NCBI GenBank assembly: GCA_000442015.1
Contig: KE560959.1
Coordinates: forward strand, 186,001-250,000
Reading direction: 5' to 3'
Length of the DNA stretch: 64,000 nucleotides
Source: Rozella allomycis CSF55
Taxonomy: Eukaryota
The notes under the pieces were generated by a model, which had not been told where the DNA came from, searched no databases, and saw nothing but the letters and a program-made list of their open reading frames with translations. Of the stretch, positions 1 through 12,317 are shown one piece after another (within the stretch, counting starts at the first letter, position 1; each line of letters begins with the position of its first letter). A program made the position numbers and the translations under genes.

Positions 1-275
1 AAGTCAAAAGTAACGTTCCATACAGGATTGGTTTGTTTTCGACAAACAGGAGTAGTTTTAGTTTGTTCACCATCAACTGTAATAATAACGAATGGGTCTG
101 GCGATCCTATCTCTCAACTATTAGTGTAGTTTACGGAAAATATGCTGTTTATATAAATTGCTTGCATTTAAAACTGTCTTTATAATATAATCATATTGTA
201 CCTGTTAGCCTTATAGTCTTTGGTTGTCTAAATTTACGAAAATAAATAATCTTACAAAGACTCTGGTGAAGCCAT
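1..275 (-). CDS. RSP5: Rsp5/Pub1/NEDD4-family ubiquitin ligase, 5' part only (C2 domain); runs off the window
   Basis: After removing 3 short GT-AG introns it reads [63 protein letters not shown], matching the Rsp5/Pub1 C2 domain. WW and HECT domains are not visible here. Confidence 0.7.
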
Positions 276-420
276 TGAACTTAGCCACAATCTATTTTCG
301 AATCAAATGAAATAATATCAAATGTGAATATGCGAGTAAGAATAAAATTATAAAAATGTTTAAATATCTGTTGTTTATCTTTGTGTGTGTATAATCTCGA
401 AAATTAATTCGGGAAATTTC

Positions 421-3400
421 ATGAATTCTCCGGATGAAACCCACACTGAAAAACCAGAAGAATGTCGATATATAAATACATCTGACGCTGATAACAAAAA
501 CTTATTTCCCGATAACCGAGTTCGGACTGCGCGTTATACGTTATATTCATTTTTACCAAAACAATTGTTGTATCAGTTTTCCAAGATTGCTAATGTGTAT
601 TTTTTGTTTATATCTGTGCTTCAAATGATACCGGGACTATCACCGACTGGAACATGGACTACGATAGTTCCACTTTCTGTATTTGTGGTACTTGGTATGT
701 TGCGAGAAGGCTATGACGATCATAAGAGATATCAGCAGGATGATGTTGAAAATAATACGCCTGCGATTGTTATGAGGAAAAAGGATGATAAGATGGAATG
801 GGTGACAGTTCCATGGTGGGATGTGAGAGTTGGCGAAAAGTTGATTGTGAGAAACAATGAATTTTTCCCAGCGGATATATTATTGTTGAATTCTAGTGAG
901 ATTGAAGGGGTGTGTTATGTTGAGACTGCGAATTTAGATGGAGAAACCAATTTGAAGAGCAAAGAGTCGCTGGACGTGACTGTTAAAGCAGCGTGGACGG
1001 AAGACCATTTAAAGGAGTTGAATAGTAAAAACATGGAATTGTTAGAATAGTGAATATTAAAGTGCAATTGCCAGATAATGATTTGTATAACTTTGATGGG
1101 GCGATTGTATTGACTGAAAATGGAGAAGAGATTAAGCGACCTGTTGGGATTAATCAGTTGTTGCTTAGAGGGAGTCAGTTGAAGAAGACAAGTTTTATTT
1201 ATGGGGTTGTTGTTTATACTGGTGAGGATACAAAGATTAGAAGGAATGGAAATGCCAATATCAAGAGTAAAATGTCTGTGATGGAAACGAGAATAACCAA
1301 CAGAATAATAGCGATGGTGTTTATATTTGTATTGATGGTTGCACTAATTTCATTTCTAGTTTTTATATTCCAGAATGGAGATTTGCCATGGTATGTTTCT
1401 AGCCAAACTACTGCCGATTTAGCGATGCAGTATTTTACGTTTGTAGTTTTGTACAATACGATGATTCCAATTTCATTGTATGTTACATTAGAAATTGTTA
1501 GAATGACGCAGGCATTTTATATTGACAGTGACGTGGAAATGTACTGTGCTGAATCTGACACCCCTGCCAAAGCGAGGACTAGTTCATTGAATGAAGATTT
1601 GGGGCAAATAAGTTATTTATTCTCTGACAAGGTAGAAATAAATTGAAATAACGATAGACGGGAACATTAACTGAGAATAAAATGATAATGCGATATTTTA
1701 CAACAAAGGGGATGTTGATACAACAGGGGTTGGTTGATGGTAAAATAAAACTGAAATAAATTTGTAGAATCGATGAAGATTAAGAGTGAAAAGGTTATAT
1801 TGGATCCAAGTAGGGAACAAAAAGAGATGATGGTTGAGTTTATGCAGTGTTTGTCACTTTGTCACACTGTGTTGCCTACAATTCCAGAACATTCTGTAAT
1901 CACTAAGCCATCAGAAGATAAGAATGGAATAACAATGAACAAATTCAAAACACTTGATGAGAGTGAAAATGGGTATTTCAAGTCTATAGAGTACCAAGCA
2001 ATGTCACCAGATGAGGTAGCATTGTTGAATGGAGCCAGGGATAATGGGTTTGTATTTCACCAAAGAAGGAATAAAATGGTTGTTATTAGAGAAGTTGATG
2101 TTGATGTTGAATATGAATTGTTGGATGTTTTAGAGTTTTCATCATCTCGAAAGAGGATGTCGACTATTTACAGAATGCCGAATAATAAAATAATGTTAAT
2201 ATGCAAGGGTGCTGACAATGTGATAACTAGGAGGCTAAAGAGCGATAATGATATCGCAAGGGAATTAAAAGACAGAAGCAATAAAAAGAATAATGAAAGT
2301 AATTTAGAAATAGAGAAATATAAAAATGATTTAGAGAATAATAAAAATGAGTTAAATGATTTAACATTTGAATTGATTGATTTAATGGCAATACAAGGCT
2401 ATCGAACCTTGTTGTATGGAAAACGTGAAATTTCAGAAACTGAATATAAAGAGTGGAAAAAAGTTTATCAAGATGCGTGTTTGACTTTGAATAATAGAAA
2501 TGAAGAGATAGAGAAAGCATGTGAGTTGATGGAAAGAGATTTAATATTGGTTGGTGGAACAGGCATTGAAGATAAATTGCAGGACAAGGTTGGAGAAACG
2601 ATTGATTTATTAAAGAAGATGGGAATAAAAGTTTGGGTGTTGACTGGCGATAAAAGAGAAACGGTTATTAACATTGGCAAAGCGTCATCAATTATTAAAC
2701 CAAATTCTGAGATATTTCAATTGAATGAAAAAGGATCAATAGAAGAAAATTTGAATTTTATATGGCGAGATTTGAATAAGAGAAATGAGAGAGTCAAAGG
2801 TGAAGGTGAACAAGTTGATGTTAATGGTGAAGTCAAAGTTAATGAAGAAGTTAAATACATCAAAGTTGAAGTCAAAGTTGAAAGTGATCAAGACGCAAAA
2901 GCTAATATTGAGGTTCCCCATGTGAATAAANGAGATAGAGAAAGCATGTGAGTTGATGGAAAGAGATTTAATATTGGTTGGTGGAACAGGCATAGAAGAT
3001 AAATTGCAGGACAAGGTTGGAGAAACGATTGATTTATTAAAGAAGATGGGAATAAAAGTTTGGGTGTTGACTGGCGATAAAAGAGAAACGGTTATTAACA
3101 TTGGCAAAGCGTCATCAATTATTAAACCAAATTCTGAGATATTTCAATTGAATGAAAAAGGATCAATAGAAGAAAATTTGAATTTTATATGGCGAGATTT
3201 GAATAAGAGAAATGAGAGAGTCAAAGGTGAAGGTGAACAAGTTGATGATAATGGTGAAGTCAAAGTTGAAAGTGAGCAAGACGCAAATGCTAATATTGAG
3301 GTTCCCCATGTGAATAAACGCCAAGGTTTAATTTATAATTTGATAGTTGATGGACAAGAATTAATTGAGATTGAAGAGAATCCAATTTTGCTTGATAAAT

Positions 3401-4473
3401 TTCTTCTTGTTGCATCTAAAATGGAGACTGTTATTTGTTGTCGAGTGTCGCCTGTGCAAAAGGCTAAAATAGTAAAGTTTGCTAGAGATCGATTGCAAGA
3501 ATTATTAGAAACAAATGACTGGCCAGATGACAGAATAGAATTCAAATCAAACAGATTTATTAAATTTATTAAAGATTTTAAAAAGACGCCAGTTGTGACA
3601 TGTGCTATTGGTGATGGTGCCAATGACATTTCAATGATTCAAGAAGCTCACGTTGGAATTGGCATAACTGGGAAAGAAGGTCTACAAGCAGCTAGAGCAA
3701 GCGATTATTCCATTGCCCAGTTTCGCCATCTCCAAAGACTTTTACTTGTTCATGGCCATTACTCTTACTACAGAACAAGCAACTTTCTCTTGTCCACCTT
3801 TTACAAGAATATAATGTTCTACCTAACCCAACTATTCTTTCAAATATTCACCAAATTCTCTGGCACAAGCATGTATGAACAATGGACTCTTTCTCTATTC
3901 AACATTGCCTGGTGTGCTCTAATTGTTATCTTTGTCGGTGTCTTTGATAGAGATTATCCCATCAATTTCCTCTTCTCAAACCCTTCAATCTACTCACATG
4001 GCCAACTCTTCAAATATATCAATTTTAAAAAATTCTTTCAATGGATGGCCTTTTCTTTATATCATTCCCTTATCCTGGTTTTCGGGATAGTTGGTATCTC
4101 ATATTTTTCATCTTCAGATCTATACAACTCTGATTATCTATATAACATGGGTGTCATTGTGTACACGTGTGTTGTACTTCTAGTTAATTTTAAATTGGCG
4201 TATTTGGAAACTAAGTATTGGGCTTGGCCTATCCAAGTAATCTTTCTATTAACAGTTCTTGTATGGTATTGTCTGTATCAGCCAGTGTATACCTTGTTCT
4301 ATTCTTTCACGTCTCTTGGCTTTGAAGTTTATGGTCAATTCTCTGTTCTGTTCAGCACCTTTTATTTCCACTTCTCTGTCTTGTTTTTATTACTTGTCGC
4401 CTTGATCCCTGACATTATAAAGTTTGTTGTCAATAAAATGTCTAATCCCAGTTTCAACACAATCTCTATATAG
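421..4473 (+). CDS. P4-type ATPase (phospholipid flippase, Dnf/ATP8-like); internal duplication at the N at 2931
   Basis: Motifs ETANLDGETNLK, IPISL, FSDK|TGTLTEN (across intron 1632-1657), SPDEVAL, LTGDK, GDGANDISMIQEAHVGIG and a C-terminal TM bundle; three 26-28 nt introns. Confidence 0.92.
2505..3318 (+). repeat. Tandem duplication flanking a single N (2505-2930 vs 2932-3318); probably an unmerged contig or haplotype overlap
   Basis: Near-identical copies either side of N2931, differing by about 4 substitutions and one 39-bp in-frame indel. Confidence 0.9.
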
Positions 4474-4616
4474 ACAAATAATGGCGAAACTTCACTTAAT
4501 AAAATATAGAATTTCAAATTAGCGATTTTTAGAAATTAATTTAGAAATGAGGTTAAAACTTCTTACTTCAGAAATTTAATACAAAATTATACAAATCAAA
4601 TTTACAAATCAAATCT

Positions 4617-6097
4617 TTATTTCTTTAATTGAAACTTTTCAATAATAGATTCAGTCGTTAAACTCTTTGGTCTCTCAATTGGAAATCCAAGAGCTCGGTT
4701 CCAAATCAATCCACTCAACACTCCCAATGAACGCGAAACTCCAAACAACACAGTATAGAAATCTTGTTCTTTCAATCCATAATATTGAAGTAAAACTCCA
4801 CTGTGGGCATCAACGTTGGGCCATGGATTCTTTGTCTTGCCATGCTCTGTCAACACATTAGGCACAATGTTATACAACTGACTCACCAACTTAAATAATT
4901 TATCATTAGGCAAATGCTTCAATGCAAATTCTCGCTGGCAAATATATCGCGGATCTACTTTCATCCCACCTTAACTCTTACCAGTCTTTCTCAACACCGC
5001 ATGTCCAAATCCAGGCACCACTTGTCCATTATTCAATGTATTCCAAATATATTCCTTAATCTTTTCATCACTGGGATTATCTCCAACATCCTCTTGAAGC
5101 TTCAACGTCCATCTCAACACTTCCTGGTTAGCCAATCCATGCAACGGTCCAGCTAGCCCATTCATGCCAGCTGCAAATGATAAATATGGATCACTCAACG
5201 CACTGCCAACTAACTGCGTCGCATGTGCTGACACATTGCCTCCCTCATGGTCAGAATGTATACTCAAATACAATCTCATCAACTCTACAAATTCAGGATG
5301 CTCAAACCCTAGCAACTTGCAAAAATTTGCAGACCAATCCAATTTAGAATCAATCTCTCCTATCTTGCCATCCTTAAATACATTCCTATATATCTTGGCG
5401 GCAACCAACGGAAGTCGGGCAATCAAATCATTCGCATCCTCAAACGCATACTCCCAATACAAATTCTTGGAAATCCCCTCATGATACGCTCTCGCAAATG
5501 AACTCTCCGTTTGCATAGCATTCACCGCCACACACAGCTGCGTCATGGGATGCATCGTATTCGGGCATCGGTCAATTATATCCCACACATGTATGGGCAC
5601 CTTTGCACGCGCCGCCCAATCTTCACTAAGCATCTTCACTTGCTCCTTGGTAGGTATCTCTCCAGTCAACAACAACCAAAACAATCCCTCAGGTAATGGT
5701 TCCTCTCCGCCAGGGGCACTAGGAAGTCGCTCCTGACACTGGGGAATTGTCAGTCCTCGGAATCTTATCCCCTATTAAATTGCTTCAATGATTCATACCT
5801 CTTCAGGATCCAATAGAGAGGTTTCATAGATAAGCCCCTTAATTCCTCGCATCCCTCCATATGCCTACTACATTACATTCAATTATTTACCATATCTACA
5901 GTCACATTGCCGAGAGTCTTTTCCCCATACTCTGCTCTCACCATCTTTACCCTCTCTTGTTGTTTTGGGATTACGTCACAAAGAGTTTCTTTCAAACTCT
6001 GATATCTTTCCTGCTAATCATAAATTACCTTGGGACGTGTGCCATAAAACGCTCTGCCTCGATGACCAATGGTTCGTCTTATTGATGTTGCAAACAT
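4617..6097 (-). CDS. CIT1: Citrate synthase, mitochondrial
   Basis: [52 protein letters not shown]; Arg-rich presequence [18 protein letters not shown]; 4 short introns. Confidence 0.96.
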
Positions 6098-6245
6098 CTG
6101 ATTCCTTGCCGGGGTCAACAATATGCTAATTATCTAATTCTTTCTTTGTAAATAATATTGAAAATTGAAATTTATCCTTATTGCAAATATAAAGATTTAT
6201 TTTTTTCATCGTAACAATTATCATGTGATTCATAAATCCGGCTTT

Positions 6246-7753
6246 ATGAAATTTCCAATGCAATCAAACGAACAGGCTCGCAACTTGTTAAAGTTTATTG
6301 AAAAGTCGCCTTCTCCATTCCACGCGGTAGAAGAAGTAAAACAAAAATTAATTGCTGTTGGATTTAAAGAGCTAAGCGAAAGAAAATGTTGGCCTGTATT
6401 TAAACCCTCCGAAAAGTACTTTTTCACCAGAAATAGCTCGTCAATAATAGCTTTTCATATAGGATCCAAATACGTAAATAATATTTCGATATCTTATGAA
6501 GAAACCAGGCAATGGTTTTAGTATCATCGCTGCCCATACGGATTCTCCGTGTTTGAAAGTTAAGCCAATCTCAAAAATTGTAACGAAAAACTATCTTCAA
6601 ATCGGTGTACAAACATATGGGGGTGGTTTGTGGCACACATGGTTTGATCGAGATCTCTCTGTGGCTGGCAGGGTCATTGTCGAGGAGAATGGCTTAAAAG
6701 AAAGACTCGTTAAAATTGACAGGTATATATATATTCTGCATAAAATTTTGATCCATCTTAAGGATTCCTACATTGGCTATACATTTAGACCGCTCTGTTA
6801 ACGAAGGTTTCAATTTCAACAAGGAATCAAATTTCGTTCCCATATTTTCCTTGGGTTGTGCTGATGAAAAATCCAAAAATCACCACGAACAATTTTTACA
6901 GCTCCTGGCAGAGGAATTGAAAGTCCAGTCTAATCAAATACTTGATTTCGAACTTTGTTTGTATGACACTCAAGCACCTAATTTTGGGGGATTGAATAAT
7001 GAGTTTATTCAATCTGCACGCTTAGACAATTTGTTGATGTCTTATATAGCGATGGAAGTACCTTTGTCAAGAATTGTAACATTAGTCCTTTATGCAAAGT
7101 GCATCAAATAATGAACAAGAAAATATAACAATGACAGCCTTATTTGATAATGAAGAAGTCGGTTCTAGTTCTGCTTATGGGGCTGGCTCAAATTTACTAA
7201 AAGTATCGTTGGAAAGAATACTCGAAAGTCTTGAATGTCAAGTAGGATATTGTTCAAAAGTTGAAATAGAAACATTTTCATGAAACTATTCAAAGAAGTT
7301 ACTTGATCAGCGCTGATTGCGCTCATGCCATTCACCCAAATTACAGGTATCGATTAGAAGCTTCTTAAATAAGTGACAAACATGAACAGAATCACGCGCC
7401 AAGACTCAATGAAGGGATTGTTATTAAAGTGAATGCCAATCAAAGGTACGCTACTACTTCACTTACTTCGTCTATATTCAAGCAGATTGCCAACAAAAAC
7501 AATATTCCTTTCCAAGAATTCGTAGTAAAGAATGATTCTCCTTGTGGAAGCACCATTGGTCCCATACTATCAACATTAATTGGGATAAGAACGATCGGTA
7601 TTGAATTAATATTGTAAGAACTAAGATGTGGGAAATGCACAGCTTAGCATGCATTCCATTAGAGAAATGGCCGGTGTAAATGATGTTTTACTGTCAATCA
7701 ATTTGTTTAATAGCTTTTATCGGGACTTTCCAGAGATTGATAAACAATTATAA
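6246..7753 (+). CDS. DNPEP: Aspartyl aminopeptidase (M18)
   Basis: SPSPFHAV, AHTDSP, YGGGLWHTWFDRDLS, RLDN, FDNEEVGS, ADCAHAIHPNY, SPCGSTIGP, MHSIRE. Confidence 0.95.
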
Positions 7754-7760
7754 TAAAAGT

Positions 7761-8261
7761 TTATTCTAGGGCGTACGGGTAATTCGGGTGTCGATGGTAG
7801 TGATTAATATAATTTTCATGTGGAACTATGTTTTGAATTTTTGGCAACATGTTAAGTTTGGAACTATAATCTTCAAAAACTGTATTCTTGTTCCCTGTTA
7901 ACAGATAACTCTGGGAATCAAATCTTTCTCTATAATAATTCGAAGGATGCGTCTTCATTATATTTTTAAGCACATCGTTTAGTTCGTCTTGCAGTCGTCT
8001 ATTTTCATGCCGAAGATACTAATTATTCTTTAATATAATTTTTACTTCAATTTCTAATTTTTGATTAAAGATAGTCTCTTTCAAAGACTCCAATTCCTTT
8101 TTCTTCCTGTCTCTACACCTTTTTGCCGCCAATCTGTTCTTTTCGGATCGTGAGAGAACTTCTCCATTAAATAATTTTCCAACTGTTTCATTTCTAAAAT
8201 CTGCATTTGAATTGGATAACAAGTCATTAGAAGACAAATTTTTCAACATGATCACTTTCAT
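7761..8261 (-). CDS. bZIP transcription factor (ATF/Jun-like basic region)
   Basis: EKNRLAAKRCRDRKK followed by leucine heptads continuing across one 27-nt intron. Confidence 0.85.
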
Positions 8262-8285
8262 AAATGTTTGATTGTATCTTTTGGA

Positions 8286-8325
8286 ATGACGTCATAGCTA
8301 TGCCACATACGTAATCCATGAGTCA
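8286..8325. promoter_or_regulatory. Perfect CRE (ATGACGTCAT, 8286-8295) and AP-1/TRE (TGAGTCA, 8319-8325) upstream of the bZIP gene
   Basis: Exact consensus bZIP sites 25-65 bp upstream of the bZIP ATG at 8261. Confidence 0.55.
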
Positions 8326-8547
8326 CGAAATCTATACTTGCTTTTTCGGCAAATACACTTCCTTATTGCAATATTTGTAACATTAAGAACTAAATTCGTA
8401 ACGTCAAAAAGAAGTGAATAAGGTTCATGACATCCTGCAAATGTGCAAAATATCACCACTCACCAGCAATCATGTATTTGCAAACTGTGAATCTAAATTG
8501 TCGTTAAAATGAATAACTAGATACTTCAATAATCAATTAAGTATTAT

Positions 8548-9594
8548 TTATTGAAATGCAAAATCAAAAGACTTGACAGTAACGTTGCCTCTTCCAGAAA
8601 ATCCAGTTCCTTCACTATGAATTTTAAGCAGATCTTTATCTTTAAACTTTTTTTCACAACAATAACAATTATTTGTCTTTTTTAGGATTTTATCGCCGCA
8701 AACACTGCAGTACACATGGCTGCAACTTTTTACAACTATAATTTCCATGGCATTGTTGAATGTCTTTAAACAACAAGGGCAAATCTTTTTGTGTTGGTCA
8801 TCGCTAAGGGTAAAATTGACAGATATAAGTTTTTTAATCCTTTAAAATGTATAATCTAAAGTTACGTTATAGGCTGGCTATCCAACGGGCACTCTACATA
8901 TCGCTTAACAGATTCAGCCTTTATCTCCCCCTGTTTTTCTTCTGGTGCTAATGAGGGAACCCAAAAACTAGGAAGTAGATGTTTCTTTTTTGTACTTTCT
9001 TCTTGTTCAATAAACTCTTTTGCCTTTTCAATCTCGCTCTGGACTTTTTCTCCAAAGCTCGTTACGAGAGTTTGATCCAATTCACCTTTCTGAAAAGATG
9101 ATGAAAATGTTACCATTCGTATATTCTATTCGTAGTCTTTTATTTTTAGGGGCATCTTGTTGGGTTATGTTCAATCTGGATTTTGGGGCTGTGTGGTTTT
9201 GAGAGTCTTGGAACGATTGAATGACTAAAGCCTTCGCCTTTTCTTCTAAAAGTTTATTTTTCTCCTCTTTCTTCGTTTCTTGATTTTTAAATAGTGTTTC
9301 TTGCCTATTGATTTCATTCTTTTGCGACAAGATATTTTTATACCAGCACTCTTTGCAAGCCATATGACCATGTGAACTAATTCTTTTCAAAATAATACCA
9401 TACCACATTAAAGGCTCTCTGACAGATTGCAGACATAAAAAACATGAGTCAAAATCACGAAGGCTATCTTTTCCAATACGGTGCTAATTTGACTAAGAAC
9501 ATATTGGTACCTCTTTGGTGCCATATTTTAGCTTGGACTTTTCGTGATAAGTAAAAAAGGAGGACGCAGTGTTGTTTTTGGAATGCCTACCCAT
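8548..9594 (-). CDS. NOSIP: Nitric oxide synthase-interacting protein homolog (RING/U-box)
   Basis: MGRHSKNNTASSFFTYHE, LPSFWVPSLAP, C-terminal RING and GTGFS; 4 short introns. Confidence 0.9.
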
Positions 9595-9628
9595 GCTGCG
9601 CCAACATATACTAACTTCACAAATCAAA

Positions 9629-10520
9629 ATGAAAGCCTTTAAAAATTCTGAATCAGAGAAAAACAATTTCAATCCACATGATAAATTCTTATTTGACGCC
9701 CCAATGTTTTGTGATTTTACGACAGAGAAGTTCCAGTTGGGTAAACAACTTTTGGAGCAATATCTGTATTGTCATGATGCAGATCAATTCAGCATTAGCG
9801 AGGAACTTTCTCAGTAAATTGTAAGCTTTGAATATATAAGAATATTAAATGGTACGGACCATGAATCAGAAAATGATGATTGGTTTCAAAATCTGCATCC
9901 TAGGCACGATAATCTTCAACCTGCTCAGTCTCCAGAGAGTAACAATGTAACTCCTTCACGAAAATTTAAACCACTGAAAAGCAAACTGGACCATACTAAG
10001 GATATGAATTCTACACCAATTTTGAATAAAAAGGCAACGGACAAAATAAAGATTGAAGATTTAAATAGTGTGCACGGTATAATGTCTCCATTGCTAAATG
10101 CGTGGAAAAAGAATAAAAGCGAAAGAAACAGAAAATCGGATGAAAATGAGGATAAAGTAAAACGTATCACACAGAGCAAAATAACATCGAGAAATAGAAT
10201 CACTAACGATAAGATTACTGAAACAGATTTTAACTCACTTCAAGATTTGATTGATCCCGTCTCAAGGAATGAATTGAGCAATTTGAAGATGTTGGATACT
10301 CACAACTACAAACCGAAGGCCCAAAACTACACAAATCAGAACACGAGGGTAAATGTAATTTATTTAACTAATGCAGAAACCCGTTTTAAATCCTATTTTA
10401 CAAGAACGGAGGGACGCACGTAAAATTCAAGCGTCTACTGATGAGATAAAGAAAATGATTTCGGAACATAACGCCAGGATAAGAAGTAGAGTTAAAAATA
10501 AAATCACTAAACCTATTTAA
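9629..10520 (+). CDS. Hypothetical protein with a TPX2-type Aurora-binding N-terminal motif
   Basis: Spliced (9814-9840, 10349-10376) it reads FLFDAPMFCDF...ENDDWFQNLHPRHD, then a disordered basic tail. Confidence 0.55.
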
Positions 10521-10522
10521 TT

Positions 10523-11581
10523 TTATTGATTTGTTAGCTCTGGTTTTAGATTATGGACACTCTGTTCAACATCAACACCTGGATCTTGGTTTAATTCTAT
10601 GATATTCTTGGTTAGATCAAGCCTTCTATATCTCCAGTTTAGAAAAAATATTGCGGCGATGGATGCAGTAGAAACAGATGTAATAAATGAAGCTAACATT
10701 CCCCATGTCAGTCCAATTAATGGAATAATAAGGCCAGCAGTTATACTGAATATTGAAAATGAAGAAGCTCCGAGTATTAATGGGTAAATTGCGCCATTTG
10801 TCACTGCTCTTCCTTGCGATAATGTTACTCCGACCATCGTTGTGTACAGCAAAGATGGGAATACCGAAAATAAACCACCCACGATATCTGAATATTTACT
10901 TATAAATACTGAAGTTCCATTAAAAATATTAACATCTAATTACCGACTGTTATACCCGCAAACATCCCTCTCAATAGAATAATGTACCTTTTAACTTTTC
11001 TGGTTCCTTTAATTGGCTTTTCGGGCTTATAACAAACCCAGTAACCTAAAAGAACTTGAAAGATAAGAGAAGCTACAGAACAGTAAAGTGAAATCGATGA
11101 TTTATCTGTTGGAACATAGTTGCCATAAAGAAACAACAGAGAGCTAGAAGCAATGGCCCAATAAATAAATGTTATTAATGATGTAAGGATCGTTCGTTTT
11201 GTATTCACCAAATGAGAATCTTTCCCGACATAAATTTTGTCTGGCGCAAACTATGTGATATTAATAAAAGGAACCAACTGTACTCGCCAAATTATGAGAA
11301 ATATAACATTGATAGTTATTCCGAGTGGAACCATAAACATTGCTCTTTGAAACTTAATTATTGCCGTTTCGGGATCGAGGGCACTTGAGTCAAAGAATTG
11401 TATATATATTCCGACACATGTAACTAGTATGGTGTTTGGTGCTGATGCTATTAATCCTCCAACAAGTCCACCAAATTTTTCTATCGCAGTCGTTGAACCC
11501 TAAGTGCCCAAAACTCTACCTTGTTACGACCGCTACTAATCCTGCGACTAAACCAGAGACAATTGGCTTCCATTCATTCAT
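10523..11581 (-). CDS. Multi-pass membrane protein with an internal two-fold repeat, function unknown
   Basis: Many hydrophobic segments; repeated motif AIEKFGGLVGGLIASAP / ISKYSDIVGGLFSVFP; 3 short introns. Confidence 0.75.
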
Positions 11582-11698
11582 GACTTATAAGGAAATAAAT
11601 ATTTGATGTATCGGAAATTAATCTTTGCTGAAATTTTAAATATTTTTTGAAATATTCCGATTTAATTAAATTTCTGATTTAAATTTCATATCCTTATC

Positions 11699-12168
11699 AT
11701 GACAATTCCTGTGCAACATGAAAAATCTTTAAACACATTTAGGGTAATTGTTTGCTTTAATGTTTATTAGTACAATTCAATAAACTCGGCGTCTGTTTTG
11801 GCGGCTCTTCAAGACAAAGGTAATTTATACCTTATTAAATCAATGAAGATTTAGAATTAAGCTACCCTCTTATTTTTTCACCACATATAGCTTCACATTC
11901 ATCGAGTTCATCTGAGGGACAATCTGATTACCGTGACGAGGCCAAGTCCCAAAAATTAAAGCAAAAACCCTATAAGCAAAATTCATTTAATTGTAGAAAG
12001 TGCGGAAAGATGTATAAAAGCAAAAACTGCCTAAATAAGCACGCATGGGAGCATCACGAAATGTGGGAAGCCACCAAGCGACTCGGGTTAACCAAACATC
12101 AACAAGTCCAATTACTAGAGGGCGCTCAAGCTTTGTATCTTATAACAAAGAGTTTTAAATCCAAATAA
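11699..12168 (+). CDS. Small C2H2 zinc-finger protein (fungal type)
   Basis: CRKCGKMYKSKNCLNKHAWEH followed by KHQQVQLLEGAQAL; 2 short introns. Confidence 0.8.
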
Positions 12169-12317
12169 TTTCTCTAATAAACTTAAATTTTCTTTGGCCT
12201 ACGAATATATATGTATAATTCATATTGTATGTCATAATATTATAAAGTAAATTACTAAGTTTACCATTAAAGTTACGGACAGAATGTGGATGCTTGACCC
12301 TTGTCACTTTGAATAAG

